Shown: positions 1 to 12,561 of the stretch, in pieces | Layout: each line of letters begins with the position of its first letter | How positions within the stretch are numbered: the stretch's first letter is position 1 | NCBI RefSeq assembly: GCF_004010195.1 | Contig: NC_057718.1 | Coordinates: 46,739,274 to 46,790,205, forward strand | DNA: 50,932 nucleotides | Source: Chiloscyllium plagiosum | Taxonomy: Eukaryota | Direction: 5' to 3' | The notes under the pieces: generated by a model | What the model was told of the DNA's origin: nothing | Databases searched by the model: none | Seen by the model: the letters and a program-made list of their open reading frames with translations, nothing else | Position numbers and translations under genes: made by a program

Positions 1-533
1 GAGTTCTAGGGTACACCTGATCAGGTCCTGGGGATTTATCCACCTTTATGCGTTTCAAGACATCCAGCACTTCCTCCTCTGTAATATGGACATTTTTCAA
101 TGTGTCACCATTTATTTCCCTGCATTCTATATCTTCCATGTATTTTTCCACAGTAAATACTGCTGCAAAATACTCGTTTAGTATTTCCCCCATTTTCTGT
201 GGCTCCCCACAAAGGCCACCTTGCTGATCTTTGAGGGGCCCTATTCTCTCCCTAGTTACCCTTTTGTCCTTAATGTATTTATAAAAACCCTTTGGATTCT
301 CCTTAATTCTCTATTTGCCAAAGATATCTCATGTCCCCTTTTTGCCCTCCTGATTTCCCTCTTAAGTGTACTCCTACTGCCTTTATACTCTTCTAAGGAT
401 TCCATTGATCTATCCTGTCTATATCTGACATATGCTTCCTTCTTTTTCTTAACCAAACCCTCAATTTCTTTAGTCATCCAGCATTGCGTATACCTACCAG
501 CCTTTCCTTTCACCCTAACAGGAATATACCTTC
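1..533 (-). mobile_element. CR1/HER1-type LINE ORF2 fragment
   Basis: ORF 256-513(-) WMTKEIEGLVKKKKEAYVRYRQ...LKREIRRAKRGHE is the typical CR1 endonuclease-RT linker; the frame is broken. Confidence 0.85.
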
Positions 534-880
534 CCTCAGAACCACAGGGTAGTGCTGGAGGTTAATCATTTAAACCAGACTCTGAGATGAACCAAATATC
601 AGTGACCTTCTGGCTGTGTACGCCCAGAACCATCCTAATCCTTAAAAGTTTAGTCTCCAAAATTATCTGGAAGTGAATGGTTGGAATCCTCATCCCCAGT
701 GATAGACCTTTCAGATCTAATAAATGATTTACCAGTGTGGCTTAATCATTCACAATATCATAAAGTACTATGAACCTGTCCAGCTCAGTTTACTGGGTTG
801 GCCTTGGATGGATAGTTTGCTTCCAAAATTCAATTTCCCAATCCATCATTTAGCATCACTATGACTCAAAACTAACCTCC

Positions 881-1376
881 ACCATAACCATAAGACATAG
901 GAGCAGAAAGTAGACCAAACAGCCCACTGAGTCTGCTCTGTCATTCAATGAGATCATGGCTCATCTGATCATCCTCAACCCCACCTTGCTGTCTTTTCCC
1001 TACAACTCTTCAATTCCCTGACTGATTAAAAATCAGCCTTGAATATATGTAATGAACCAGTCTTGACAGCTCCCCTCACTTAATAATTTTACAGATTCAC
1101 TACCTTCTGAGAGAAGATATTCCTCCTCATCTGTCTTAAACAGGTAATCAGTGATCCTGAGACTAATCCCTCTGCTCTTAGCCTCTCCCATATGGGAAAG
1201 CACACCTGTGTTAAATATCCAGGGATCTGGAAGGATTCAATAAGGTGGCCTCTCATTCTTCAAAACCCCAATGAGTACAGGCCCAACCGACTCAATCACT
1301 CCTCATCAGACAGGAACTCCATAACTAGCATCAGCCTAGTGAATCTTCACTGAACAGCCTCTAATGCCAGTATCTA
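881..1376 (-). mobile_element. CR1-group LINE 3' end, decayed
   Basis: Starts with the reverse-complemented tail accataaccataagacataggagcagaa, followed by CR1 3' UTR and ORF2-end-like sequence. Confidence 0.7.
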
Positions 1377-1394
1377 CCATTGGAGAATATTCAT

Positions 1395-1480
1395 GAATTG
1401 AGAGTGGTGCTGGAAAAGCACAGCCGGTCAGGCAGCATCCGAGGAGCAGTAAAATCGATGTTTCGGACATCTGCAGTCCT
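1395..1480 (-). mobile_element. Penelope-like element 3' terminal fragment
   Basis: gtggtgctggaaaagcacagc...ggcagcatccgaggagcag..aatcgatgtttcgg is the reverse of the PLE 3' ends at 17285-17370 and 29709-29830. Confidence 0.75.
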
Positions 1481-1634
1481 CCCTTTTGCCATATTCACTA
1501 ATTGGCCACTGTCCAACTGGCAAGCATGGGTTTGCATTTGCTGGATAGAAGCCAAGAGGAGCTCAGCATAAGCACAACTATTCACATAAGCTGTCAGAAT
1601 GCATTGCCACCCATTTTGTCAGCACAATAAAGTA

Positions 1635-2120
1635 TACCAGAGAAAACATTCTATCTGGATGCAGTTGCTTGGTATAGCAACTGGTCTGTTAGGACCATAA
1701 GAAATTACATAAAGTTGTGAACACAGCCCAGAACATCACACATGCCAGTGTTCCATCCATTGACTCCATCTACTCTTCTCGTTGCTGCAGAAATGTAGCC
1801 AACATCATCAAAGACCCTTCCCACTCCGGTCATAATCTCTTTCAAACTCTTCCATCAGGCAGAATATAGAAAGCTTAAACACATACGTCAAAATGTTCAA
1901 GATCAGCTTCTTCCCTGCCTTTATTAGATTTCTGAATGGATCTCTCAAATTTAATGTTGATCTTGCTTTTTTGCACATCTTCTTTGATTCCTTGCTCTGT
2001 TCTATGAGTGTTGTGTTTTTATATATAATAATGATGTGATGTACTGCATGCAAAACAAAACTTTTCACTGTACTTAGGTATATTTGACAGCAATAAATCA
2101 AATCAAATCGAATCAAATCA
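1635..2120 (+). mobile_element. Rex1/Babar-like LINE 3' end
   Basis: Decayed ILSGC..AWY.N..., IIKDPSHSGHNLFQTLPSGR and FKISFFP C-terminal motifs, ending in aataaatcaaatcaaatcgaatcaaatc. Confidence 0.7.
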
Positions 2121-2679
2121 TATCTTTGAAAAGAGTGAGTTCACAAGTTAATGAACTGGAACAACTTCATCTGCTGCTTGCCTGGCTATAGTGATGGTCA
2201 GATTGTTGCAAGATTGTAAGCAATTGCTTTATGAATAAATTTGCTCCATCAATATCCTTAAGGCACAGGGAATAAAAGTGTCCCATCTGTTTCTACTCAA
2301 ATCTAACATTTTTCTCTTTTCCATTTTTTCGACAAATAAAAATACCATTCTTATTGCCAAGCCTCAAATTCTTGCAAAACTCACTGGCCAAGATAATATT
2401 CAGTTATCTCTGAAAGCAGACAAGTTGGTGCAATTAAGTTGCACTGATCGTTTATTAAATAAATCACTCTATTCATACACTGACGCTTAGCTCATGAAAT
2501 TCATTCACAGAATAGTTCCATTACACGGAAGTGATATTATCTCAATCAGAATTAGAAACAGTGATGAACTTTAAAACTTACATTTTCTTGATCCCGTGAA
2601 ACACTGGCCAGGTTCCTCCAAGCAGTGCCAGTGATAAATAGATAGTCAAATGCATTGTAAGCAGTTAGCATATCATGTA

Positions 2680-4180
2680 TGGCCTGTGCCACATTGTGCA
2701 AGCTTCCTGAGTACATCATTTGTAAAATGTATAAAGGGATGGCATTTGCATTTACATTAGTGTTAGTCTTAGAATATATTTCACATTGTCCATTCCTTTT
2801 GGGGCTTATCACCTGGATAGAAATGAAGGATTCAGCTTTTCTCACTGTGTGCCAAAATGATCATATGTACCATCAGACTGAGGTGAATCTGCAAGTTGTA
2901 ACATTGCAATTACCTCTTGGACTTGCTTGCAAGGCCATGAGCGTATGTTTTGAAATGTCTTTAAAATTATTCTTTGATCATTCTTCACATGTTGCTGTGG
3001 AGTATTGTGTTGTAGATTCAGAGAGATTTACTGTACAGAAACAGACCCTTTGGTCCGACTTGCCCATGCCGCCCAGATATCCTAACCTAATCTAGTCCCA
3101 ATTGCCAGCACTTGGCCCATATTCCTCCAAACCCTTCCTATTCATACACACATTCAGATGCCTTTTAAATGCTGTAATTGTACCAGCCTCCATCACTTCC
3201 TCTGGCAGCTCATTCCATACATGCACCACCCTCTGTATGAAAAAGTAGCCCCTTAGGTCTCTTTTATATCTCTCCCCTCTCATCCTAAACCTATGTACTC
3301 TAGTTCTGGACTACACCACCCCAGGGAAAAGATCTTGTCTACTTATCCTATCCATGCCTCTCGTGATTTTATAAATGTCTATAAGGTCACCCCTCAGCTT
3401 CTGACACTCCAGGGAAAACAGCCCCAGCCCTTTTAGCCTCTCCCTATAGCTCAATCCTCCAACCCTGGCAACTTCCTTGTAAATCTACTTTGGGTTTCCC
3501 TGAGCACTTGAATGTCTTGCATATTTTAGCCCAGTGTCCTCCCGTGGGACATTGCTTATATATGTCATCAAATGCCAAACAGTGTTTTGGTGGATGAAAC
3601 AATTCAGATTTTGTGCAAAATCTGGGCATTTGCAGTTCTTGTTGACAGCTGCAATAGTATTTGCAGAATCACTTGCAAATGTTGCAATCCTAACTTGCAT
3701 CTAGCCTTGTGTCAATGTTGCAATATTTAGCTTTGTTCAGAGAGTGCCTTTTAGAAAGATTTGATAGCTGTAGAAGCAATGGCCACTTCCTTCAGCCTTT
3801 CAGCTTAGTTATCTTCGATGAAATCACACTTATTACTATTGCGTCTCCACGTGAATTGGTTGTTCACCTGCCTGTTGGTGGTATGATATATACTCAAGCC
3901 TCTGATCCTATGTTGATATTCTATGAATTGGAAAGCCTTGTCTGAATTTTTACAGTCATCACTCACTTTAATTCCTCTCAACTCTTCATTCCCCAAAAGC
4001 AATGATACTTTTGACTGCCTGTCTCCCTTTGCCAGTTATTTGCTTATCTAAGAAGACTGATCGTTTATTTAAGTAACTAGAGTTCATACTGAATGTCATT
4101 CGAATGTCAGTCCATGTTCAGATGCCCTCTTTACATCCTTGCGATGCTTCTTAGCTGCCAGAATACACTTGTATTGCAGT
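2680..4180 (+). mobile_element. Possible very old hAT (Charlie/SPIN-like) transposase remnant, interrupted by a CR1 insertion
   Basis: Degenerate motifs appear in the expected order: W..KDSAFLT...HQTEVNLQ (cf. DLAFL.D...HLN.LN..LQG), FEMSLKLF, SGHLQF, LLERFDSCR. There are many stops and frameshifts, and no TIRs were found. Confidence 0.3.
3012..3495 (-). mobile_element. CR1/HER1 LINE 3' end
   Basis: ORF 3092-3283(-) RGERYKRDLRGYFFIQRVVHVWNELPEEVMEAGTITAFKRHL is the canonical CR1 ORF2 C-terminus, followed by a 3' UTR. Confidence 0.9.
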
Positions 4181-6404
4181 AAAGATTCTATTGTTTCTTT
4201 ATTTTTGTTGTAGCTTTAAATGTTGTAAGTTTGTGCCTCTAGGTGGATTTTGCAACAAAAACAAGCTGTAACATCACACATTCTGTTTTCTTTGCTTCCC
4301 ACTACTTTCAAAATAAGATGACAGAATCAACTGATTTCTTGAAAAGGCTTTTGATAAACAAAATCATCTTTAAACATGTTTTTACTCTCTATTTTGATGC
4401 ATTTCATTCAATGAATGCTTTAGTGGGTTCAAGCTATCCTTTTAATATCTTTTAAGATGCCCATTTTTAAAACCAGATCAGTTGTAGCCTCTTGCTTCTT
4501 TCTAAGGAGACATAGAATACTCTGAACTGTTCCTTTCATTTGTACAGCTGTGGTGTCAGTCCTAGTTATTGAAAAGTGAACTTTAGCTCTGAACTTAGAC
4601 AGATGATGGTGACTATTAGAAATAAAACTTTTCACATCCACTACTGGTGAACTCTTCTTTAAGTTGTCTGAAACCTACATGTACAATCTGGGTTATATAC
4701 TTAGATTATTGATGTTACTTATATAGTTAACTGGTTGACTAATCAACATACTGACGATCAAATTACTTTACAGAGACGAAGATGAAAATCGTTTATACAC
4801 AGGATTCATATATTGTGATGGGAACCTAACTGTCTTAAAGGTATAGTGCCTTTCTGAGATATGTGCAATAATACATTTATATATGCAATTGTTGAGCTAC
4901 AGTAGCAGTACCATAAAGTGCCTAAATTGAAAGATGAGGTATTGTTCCTCATATGCTTGGGGATTCGCACCAATTACTCTATGTGGTAGACACCATAAAT
5001 CTGGGAGTAATCGAAGACCAAGCACTACATACTCTTCCCAGATGACTGATAAAATCTGTTCAGGCTGCCAATGTGTAAAAACTACTAATGTCCCAATTAT
5101 GAGCGATGTGCAGTCATCCCGTGTGTAGCTAGATGAATGGTGTAGCTAGCATTGTTATTCTCTGCTTTTGGTCCTTAGTCTTCATTACTGCACTGTAAAT
5201 GCACCAGCTCATTTACAGTACAACTCTGCTATGATTGAGGGGTGATGTGATCAGTAGCATTAATGCTGACATATGAAAAAATATAGCAATAAACCATCTC
5301 GTTGCATTTAACAATCCAATAACCTAATAATTGAAAACACAACCAAACAACGAATTTAACAAAAACAGATGTTCACTGTCTGGCAACTTTATATGAGGAA
5401 GGCCAATTCCTGGATGCAGGGATAACAGAATTCTTTTTTCTACAAATGTTTTTCTCTACACTGAAGTCCTTCCAAACAAAATGACCCTTATCCAATCTAC
5501 TCTGACAATGTCTCTGAACTGCCTTAAGAACTCTGTGCATGGACCCACTGTGGGAATTCAAGGATCGAGGAGACCAAGATACTTAACAAAAACAGTATAT
5601 TTAAAATCCTATACACTATTAAAGCCAATACAATACTGTATAATATGATAACAGCTTAGGAGCTATTCCAGAATAAATATTGTGTAACAAATGGAACCAC
5701 AGTTCCGTTCCAACACCTACAAATTGAGTAGAACTGAATCTGATCCCTGAGAGAAGAGGCTGTAAAATTTTCAGTTCTGGTATGAAATTGGGTGATGTAT
5801 AAGTTTTTCACTGCTATCAGCTCAGATCGAGCAGTAGTGCTGTCACATGAACAGACAAATAACAGCACAACATGCTATCTCAAGTGGTGGCTTTTCTCTA
5901 CAATATGGTAACGCAACAAACTGCTATCAGTGGAGGCTGCACACATTTTCCCTGGTTGCAGACAACAGCCCATCAGCCATCAGTGACATTTGCATACCGT
6001 TGTCCTCGACAGTGCAAACTCAAAACAAATATTTGGGAGGAAGATAAAAACCTGAGGGAGGCGACTCAACAGCCACCTGAACCAAAGGCAATGCAATCCC
6101 TCGTAACCCTGTCTCCCAACGTGTTCTATATGAAAATCAGCACCTGTAGTATGGATTTCCTGAGTATTCTCCGCTTCCTTCAAGGATCACTGGTTAGATT
6201 GCCTTACATTCAGAATCACTGGGAAAATGTGAGCTGTGAATGCGGCTCATCAGTAGGTGAGAGGGTTCCTTGGCTGCTGTAGGACTTGAATCTAATAGAG
6301 TTAAATAAGTAACAATGCTATCTCCAGTTGAAATAAATTCATTGTGTTACTTTGTCATTCAATTGCCCATGGTTCACATTGAGTGTGTAGACTATAGGGC
6401 ATTT

Positions 6405-6710
6405 ATTTCAGAGGAGGGTTTGTAACACAACAGCAGCATTCCTATCTCTAAGCTGGAAGCCATGGGTTTAAGTCCCAATAAGGACTCGATGGCTACAGAG
6501 GGTGTGTTCATAGTTTGGCCAAATAGGTTGATGTTTCAGCCACCAAATACTTCCAATGCAGCTAAATAGCACGTGGTAAGATTGGGAGAATTTTCTCGTC
6601 AATCAATCTGGCAAACCACTGTCACAGTTTATCATTAATCAAAATCATGGATCAATCCAATGGAGTTCCAGGGTCACCAACATCCTTTTAGGACATGGTA
6701 CCTGGAGAGA
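6405..6710 (+). mobile_element. Decayed tRNA-derived SINE-like element
   Basis: Head with a box-B-like gggtttaagtccc after a decayed box A; heavily diverged. Confidence 0.35.
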
Positions 6711-7409
6711 ATTATTTAATGTGGATTTTTAAAAAACCTTTATTTTATAGCTTTCAGTGGCTCGAAAAATGACAATTAGATACATATTTTAATTTATATT
6801 TATATGTTAAATTTACATCTCTTTCTTAGTCACAACTTGATCTGACTAGGAACATGTCAGCAGCAATAAGGATGAGCAAAAAATATTGACCTAGCCAGTG
6901 ACATCCACATTCATGAATGAATGTTTAAAAAGGATCCCAATCACACAAGTCCAACCATTTTATCAATTCACAGTAAATGACCTCGAAATCAGAAAGGCCC
7001 ACATGGATAATGTGACTTCCCAAGTGAAATATTTTGCCAGTGCACTATGGAGTTACAGTCAGAAGTTTGGGCAAATATACCTTATTAAAGCAGTCCAGGG
7101 CACTTTGTGGATTGTAACAATTATTGCTTTGTCTGAACCATGACAGCAAAAATAGAAATTCTTCTGTTCCTTAGCCTTATGCTGTAACTTCCTCTTTATC
7201 ACCCAACTGAGTGCCCCATTCCTTATCGACTGCCAATAAAACGTGATGGTTGCATTAGCACCAGCAATTTCTGCAAACCAGATGATCAGATGCAAGCCAT
7301 TTGTTCATATAATTAATAACACTTTGAAACACTTCGAAACATTCCAGCAGATTTGTGGATAGGTCGTATGATCTCAATATTTTTTTTAAAAATCGGGTAT
7401 ATTAAATGG

Positions 7410-7760
7410 ATGTTGGCCATGAAATGACTCAAAGCATCTTTCCTCATCTCTGTTTAAAAATAAAGGGATGTCAATTTAAAACAAAGGCACCTAGTTCTAG
7501 ATTCTCGGACCTATTTAAAACAGGGATGAGGAAACCTTCCTTTCTCAGAGGGTTGCCTGTTTTTGGGATCCCCTTCCTCAAAATTCAGTGGATGCAGAAT
7601 TTTAAAATATTTTCAAGGCAGGTTCTTGATTCCCAAGGGAATGAAAAGATTATTGGGATATGCAATGATCCATAGTTGAGGTTAAAATCAGATCAACACA
7701 ATCTTATTGAATGGAAGAGCAGGATTGAGAAGTGGCCTACTCTTGTTTGCATGAAGCATT
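7410..7760 (+). mobile_element. CR1-group LINE 3' end, decayed
   Basis: LKIKGCQFKT..MRKPSF(SQRV) remnant followed by a CR1 3' UTR-like segment (gatcaacacaatcttattgaatggaagagcagg). Confidence 0.6.
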
Positions 7761-8259
7761 ACAATGAACATTATTTTTGATCACTGACATTAGAGAATCC
7801 CAGCATTTCTTTATCAAATCTAATTGTATGTTTTGTTATATTCATGAATAGTTTTCAATCAGGTTTCAAACAAATGGGATGTATAATCACTCGTGTTGGT
7901 TACAAGGATTTGATTACAAACTAGCTAGCGGAAGGTCATTGCCAGCTAATATATTTCTATGGGCAAATTACCATGTAGGCCTAGATTCTTGTTCTGGGTT
8001 GAGACCCAACATCAGAATCAAATCCAAGAACCAGGTTTGCACCATATTCGAAATAGTCATCCGAAACAATTCTCAAAGAAATGGTTAACTCATGGCATGT
8101 GGTTGAACTTAATGTCAACTAAGGACAAAAGGGCTCCTGACTTTCAAAGGCCAATAAAGGCCTTCCAGTACTGAAGAAGCTGCAGCCTATCATTGCACAG
8201 GTAGGAATGACCTCCACAATGTTTAGGGGATTGGTCTAGATCATTAAAGACTTGTACTT

Positions 8260-8831
8260 CCCAACCCCTCAGACATGTTCTGAACCATAACATAAAAGAC
8301 AATTTAAATCTGTCAATTAATTTTCTTATGGACAATTGTTAAAAATTACACCATCACCAATTGCCTGTTGATCCTGGGTTCATCCCTCTGGTATTTTTGA
8401 ATAAGGTTATAGCATTTGCAAACTTCCTTTTCTCTGGCACTGCTCCCATTTATAAGAATGGTTGGAATTCTTTGACCATAGCCTCTAATTTCCATGCTCA
8501 GTAGTTTAGGATGCACCCATCCAGACTAGAAAGGCAGGTATCCAATATTGCTACTACTCCCTCCTTTACGACTACATTAACAGCATTCTCTTCACTAGTG
8601 AAAGCATGTGTGAAGAACTCATTTAGTACCTCAGCCAGGCTCCTGACTGCGCAAGATTTCCTTTTTGGTTCCTAATTAGCCCCATTTTCCTTTGACTATG
8701 TGTTGATTAAAAAAAAGTTTTGAATTGTTTTATATCAGCTGCTAATTTACCCTCATACTCTCTTTTTACCCTTCTTATTCTTTTCTTTAATTCTTTTCTG
8801 CACTTTTGATATTCACCTTGGTCTTTTATTA
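8260..8831 (-). mobile_element. CR1-group LINE ORF2 fragment, decayed
   Basis: EYQKCRKELKKRIRRVKREYEGKLAADIK linker motif on the minus strand. Confidence 0.65.
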
Positions 8832-8833
8832 TA

Positions 8834-9367
8834 CAATGAACCTCAACACATTTGTTTTGTATCTTCATGTACGCTTGGTTTCCTCTGGGCAGCTGTGGGG
8901 AAGTGTTCGGAAGGACAAATAAGTTGATCAGTGACCTGTTGGACAAACATTGTGAGTTCTCTTTCTGTTGCCACGCGTCCTGGTGTCAGACTTGAGCCCA
9001 GAGTTTTGTGAAATGGAAATTGTTTAAGTGGGGTATAAAATTTCCAAATTGCAGAAATGAAACCAGACAGACCACCTGGTATCCATTTAGGCTCTGGAAA
9101 TGGCAATGGCAATTTGGATATTTCATACACCACTTCCACAGGTTCTCTTTAACCACTTTGCTTGTATTTTCCTCAACAAACTCTAACTAATTTCTGTTTC
9201 ACAAAGCTCTAGGCTCAGGTCTGACACCAGGACATCAGAAAGAGAATTCACGATATTGTCCCACAGGTCACTGATCAACTTGTTCGTCCTTCTAAACACT
9301 TCCCATGGCTGCCCAGAGGAAACCAAGCGTACATGAAGGTACAAAACAAATGTGTTGAGGTTCATTG
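8834..9367. mobile_element. Non-autonomous foldback DNA transposon (Tc1/mariner-pogo/Tigger-like MITE), 534 bp
   Basis: TA|caatgaacctcaacacatttgttttgt ... acaaaacaaatgtgttgaggttcattg|TA. Inverted arms of about 185 bp (8834-9020 vs 9190-9367), a further inner inverted pair (about 9025-9052 vs 9109-9135), and a TA target-site duplication. Confidence 0.85.
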
Positions 9368-9374
9368 TACAACA

Positions 9375-11695
9375 GTCCTTGCCATTAATTTCTGGGGCTT
9401 AGTGCCAACATTTGGAGAGCTGTATCACAGACTAGTCAAGCAACAGTCTGACATAGTTATTCTCATGAAATCATACCTTACAAACAATGTCCTATGCGCC
9501 ACCACAACATCCTTAGGTTTGCCCTGACCCACTGGCAGGACAGATGTCACAGAGTTGGTAGCATGGTGGTATGCAGTCAGGACGGAGTTGTCCTGGGAGT
9601 CCTCAAAACTGACTCCAATTGTGAGGACCCATGAAGTCTCATGATACCAGGTAAAACATGGGCAAGGAAGCCTGGTACAATCCTTCCTGTGTTGGTGAAT
9701 CAATGTTCCTCCAAATTGAAGGACATTTCGAGGAAGCACTAACAGTGACCAGGGTGTTGAATGTACTCTGGGTGGGGAATTTCAATGCCTACCACAAGTA
9801 GCTAGACAGAGGCACTACTGATTGAGCTTGTCAAGTCCTACAGGACCTTGCCAGGAGCAGAACCAGAGAACCTACCAAATGGGACTACTTGCATACCAAA
9901 TAGTATAAACAGCAAATGATGCACAGAGCTAAGTGATTCCACAATCAGTGGATCAGATCCAGGCTTTGCAGTCCTGCCACATTGTGGTGGACCATTAAAC
10001 AACTCACTGGAGGAGGAGGCTCCACAAATATCCTCATTCTCAAAGGTGGGGGAGCCCAACACATTAGTGCAAAAGATAAGGCTGAAGCGTTTGCAACAAT
10101 CTTCAGCCAGGAGTGACAAGTGGATGACCCATCTTGGCCTCTTCCTGAGGTCCTATTGCATCACAGATATCAGTCTTCAGCCAATTCCCTTCACTCCACA
10201 TGATATCAAGATACGGTTGGAGGTATGGATACTGCAAAAGCTACGGACTCTGACAACATTCCAGTAATTGTACTGAACACCATAGCGCTATTGTTCTATA
10301 ACTTGCTATAATCCTATCAAGCTGTTCCAGAACAGCTCTATTGTTGGTATCTATCCGACAATGTGGAAAATAGCCCAGGCATGCCCTGGCCAGTTACCAC
10401 CCCACCAGTCTTCTCTCAATCATCAGTAAAGTGCTGGGAATTGTCATCAACAGTGCTGTCAAGCAGCACCTGCTCAGCAATAACCTGCTCACCAGTTTGG
10501 TTCCACCAGTGTCCCTCAGCTCCTGAACTCTTTACAGCTTTAATCCAAACATGGACAAGAGAGCTGAACCCCAAAGGTGAGGTGAGAGAGACAGACTGTG
10601 ACATCATGGCTGCATTTGACCAAGTGTGGCATCAAGGAGTTTTAGCAAAACTGGAATCAATGAGTCTCAGGAAGGATTTCTCTCTGCTGGTTGGAGTCAG
10701 ACCTGGCACACAATAAAATGGCTGTGGTTGTTGGAGATCAGTCATCTCAGCTCCAGAACATCTCTGCAGGAATTCTTCAGGGTAGTGTCCTAGGCTCAAC
10801 CATCTTCAGCTGCTTCATCAATGACCTTCCTTCATAAGGTCAGAAGTGGGGATGTTCGCTGATTATTGTGCAATGTTCTGCACCATTTGCAACTCCTGAG
10901 ATACTGAAGTAGTCCAGGCTCAAATGTAACAAGATCTGGACAATTACCAAGCTTAGGCTTAAAAGTAGCAAGTAACATTCATTCCACACAAATGCCAGAC
11001 AATGATCATCTACAATAACATACAGTCTAACCAAGGCCCCTTGATATTCATTAACATCCTCATCACTAAATCCCCCACTAGCATTGACTGGGAACTGAAG
11101 TGGGCTAGCCAAATAAATATAGTGGCTACAAGAGCAGGTCTGGGCCTAAGAATTCTGCAACAAATAACTCTTCTCCTAACTTCCTGAAGCTTGTCCACCA
11201 ACAAGACACAAGTCGGGAGTAATGATGGAGTACTTCCCAATTGTCTAGATAGGGACAACTCCAACTACATTCTAGAAGCTTGACACCATCCAGGTCAAAG
11301 CAGTCCGCTTGATTGGCACCACATCCAACTTAGCGGTAATATGCACCATCTACACGGTGCACTGCAGAAATTCACTAAAGTTCTTTAGACATCATCTTTC
11401 AAATGCACAACCACTTCCATCTAAAAGGACAACGACAGCAGAGCCATGGGGACACAACCACGTGCAACTTCCCCTCCAAGCCGCTCATCATCCTGACTTG
11501 GAAATATATCACCATTCCTTCACTGTTGCTGAGTCAAAATCTTGGAATTCCCTACATAAGAGTATTGTGGGTCAACCTACAGCACGTAGACTGCAGTAGT
11601 TCAAGCAGGCATCTCACTACCTTCTCAGGGACACCCAGGGATAGCCATAAATGCTCAGCAATGTCCTCATCCTGTAAGCAAATTTTAAAAATTTG
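9375..11695 (+). mobile_element. Internally deleted non-LTR retrotransposon (CR1/L2-related group) with endonuclease, RT and 3' end
   Basis: APE start INFWGLVPTFGELYHRLVKQQSDIVIL; RT motifs DIMAAFDQVWHQG, QGSVLGSTIFSCFINDLP and MFAD; multiple frameshifts. Confidence 0.85.
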
Positions 11696-11699
11696 ATGG

Positions 11700-12020
11700 A
11701 ACACCTAAGATCATGAGGGAATTTGATTGGGTGGACACCAGGAGGTGGTTTCTTTAGGAAAAACCTGAATCAGTTTAAGAAAAGGGGATGTCCCTTTTAA
11801 GACTGGGTCATTAGTCGTAGAATTCTCTTCTTAGAAAGCAGTGTTGGCTGGTTAATTGAATTTATTCATGATTGAATTTGATAGATCTTTGATAAATAGG
11901 GAGTCAATGGTCACAAAGGGCAGACAGGAAAACGGAGGGTTAAGATCAGAACCATCAACCATGGAGCAGATGAAAGGGCTAAATGGCCTACTCTTGGGTT
12001 CTCTCTTCATGTGTTCTAAC
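11700..12020 (+). mobile_element. CR1-group LINE 3' end, decayed
   Basis: KIMR.FD.VD remnant and the 3' UTR gggctaaatggcctactcttg. Confidence 0.55.
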
Positions 12021-12532
12021 ACATGAGATTGGGTACAATCTACTGAGTCAAGAGACCTCCATACCCTAACATATTCAAGCACATTCCCTCTTTTAGAAGG
12101 ATGGATCTCAATTCATTGTACAACCTTGAGGGCCACTGAATTTTCCCAAAGGCTCAGGGACCCTGATGTCAAGGTCAAACAGGAAGCCACATGTCCAAGC
12201 AACAAGACTTATCAGATCATCTTCTGTTAGGCAGCCTCCTCACTGGCTGCCTCAGCATTCTCCCAATGATGCAGTCATTCAGAGGGCTTAATTAGAGCCA
12301 AAAAAAACTACAGATACTGGAATCCAGACTGGACAAGCAGGAGGAACATAGCAAGCCAGGCAGCATCAGCAAGCTGGGAGTTCTCAAACTACAGTAATAC
12401 TATTGTGGGTGGTAGATGCTGGTGAATGAGACCAGAGATTGTGAGGTGCATCAACAAAGAGTTGAACTTGCTGGCCAACATAGAGGAGCTGGACTGAAGA
12501 CTCCCAAAGCTGTTAGGGATATGTAGATGGCT

Positions 12533-12561
12533 GGGTGGGGGGGGGGGGGGGGGGGTGGAGG
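12533..12561 (+). repeat. Poly-G tract
   Basis: Run of about 20 G with flanking G-tracts. Confidence 0.9.

Noticed and set aside
221..565. Hydrophobic + strand ORFs here and at 23816-24217 and 47639-47968
   Set aside because: Antisense shadows of minus-strand CR1 ORF2.
2582..2812. Minus-strand 231-nt open exon-like segment with ctatccag| acceptor and |gtaagt donor
   Set aside because: Phase 0-0 does not fit the phase-2 VASH2 donor, the peptide resembles nothing I recognise, and it overlaps the putative hAT fossil on the other strand.
540..8250. Search for 3' exons of ANGEL2 (VASH2's convergent neighbour in mammals) on the + strand
   Set aside because: No SSDH/LLAKF-type C-terminal motif found; the YLEVNGW match near 665 is too weak.
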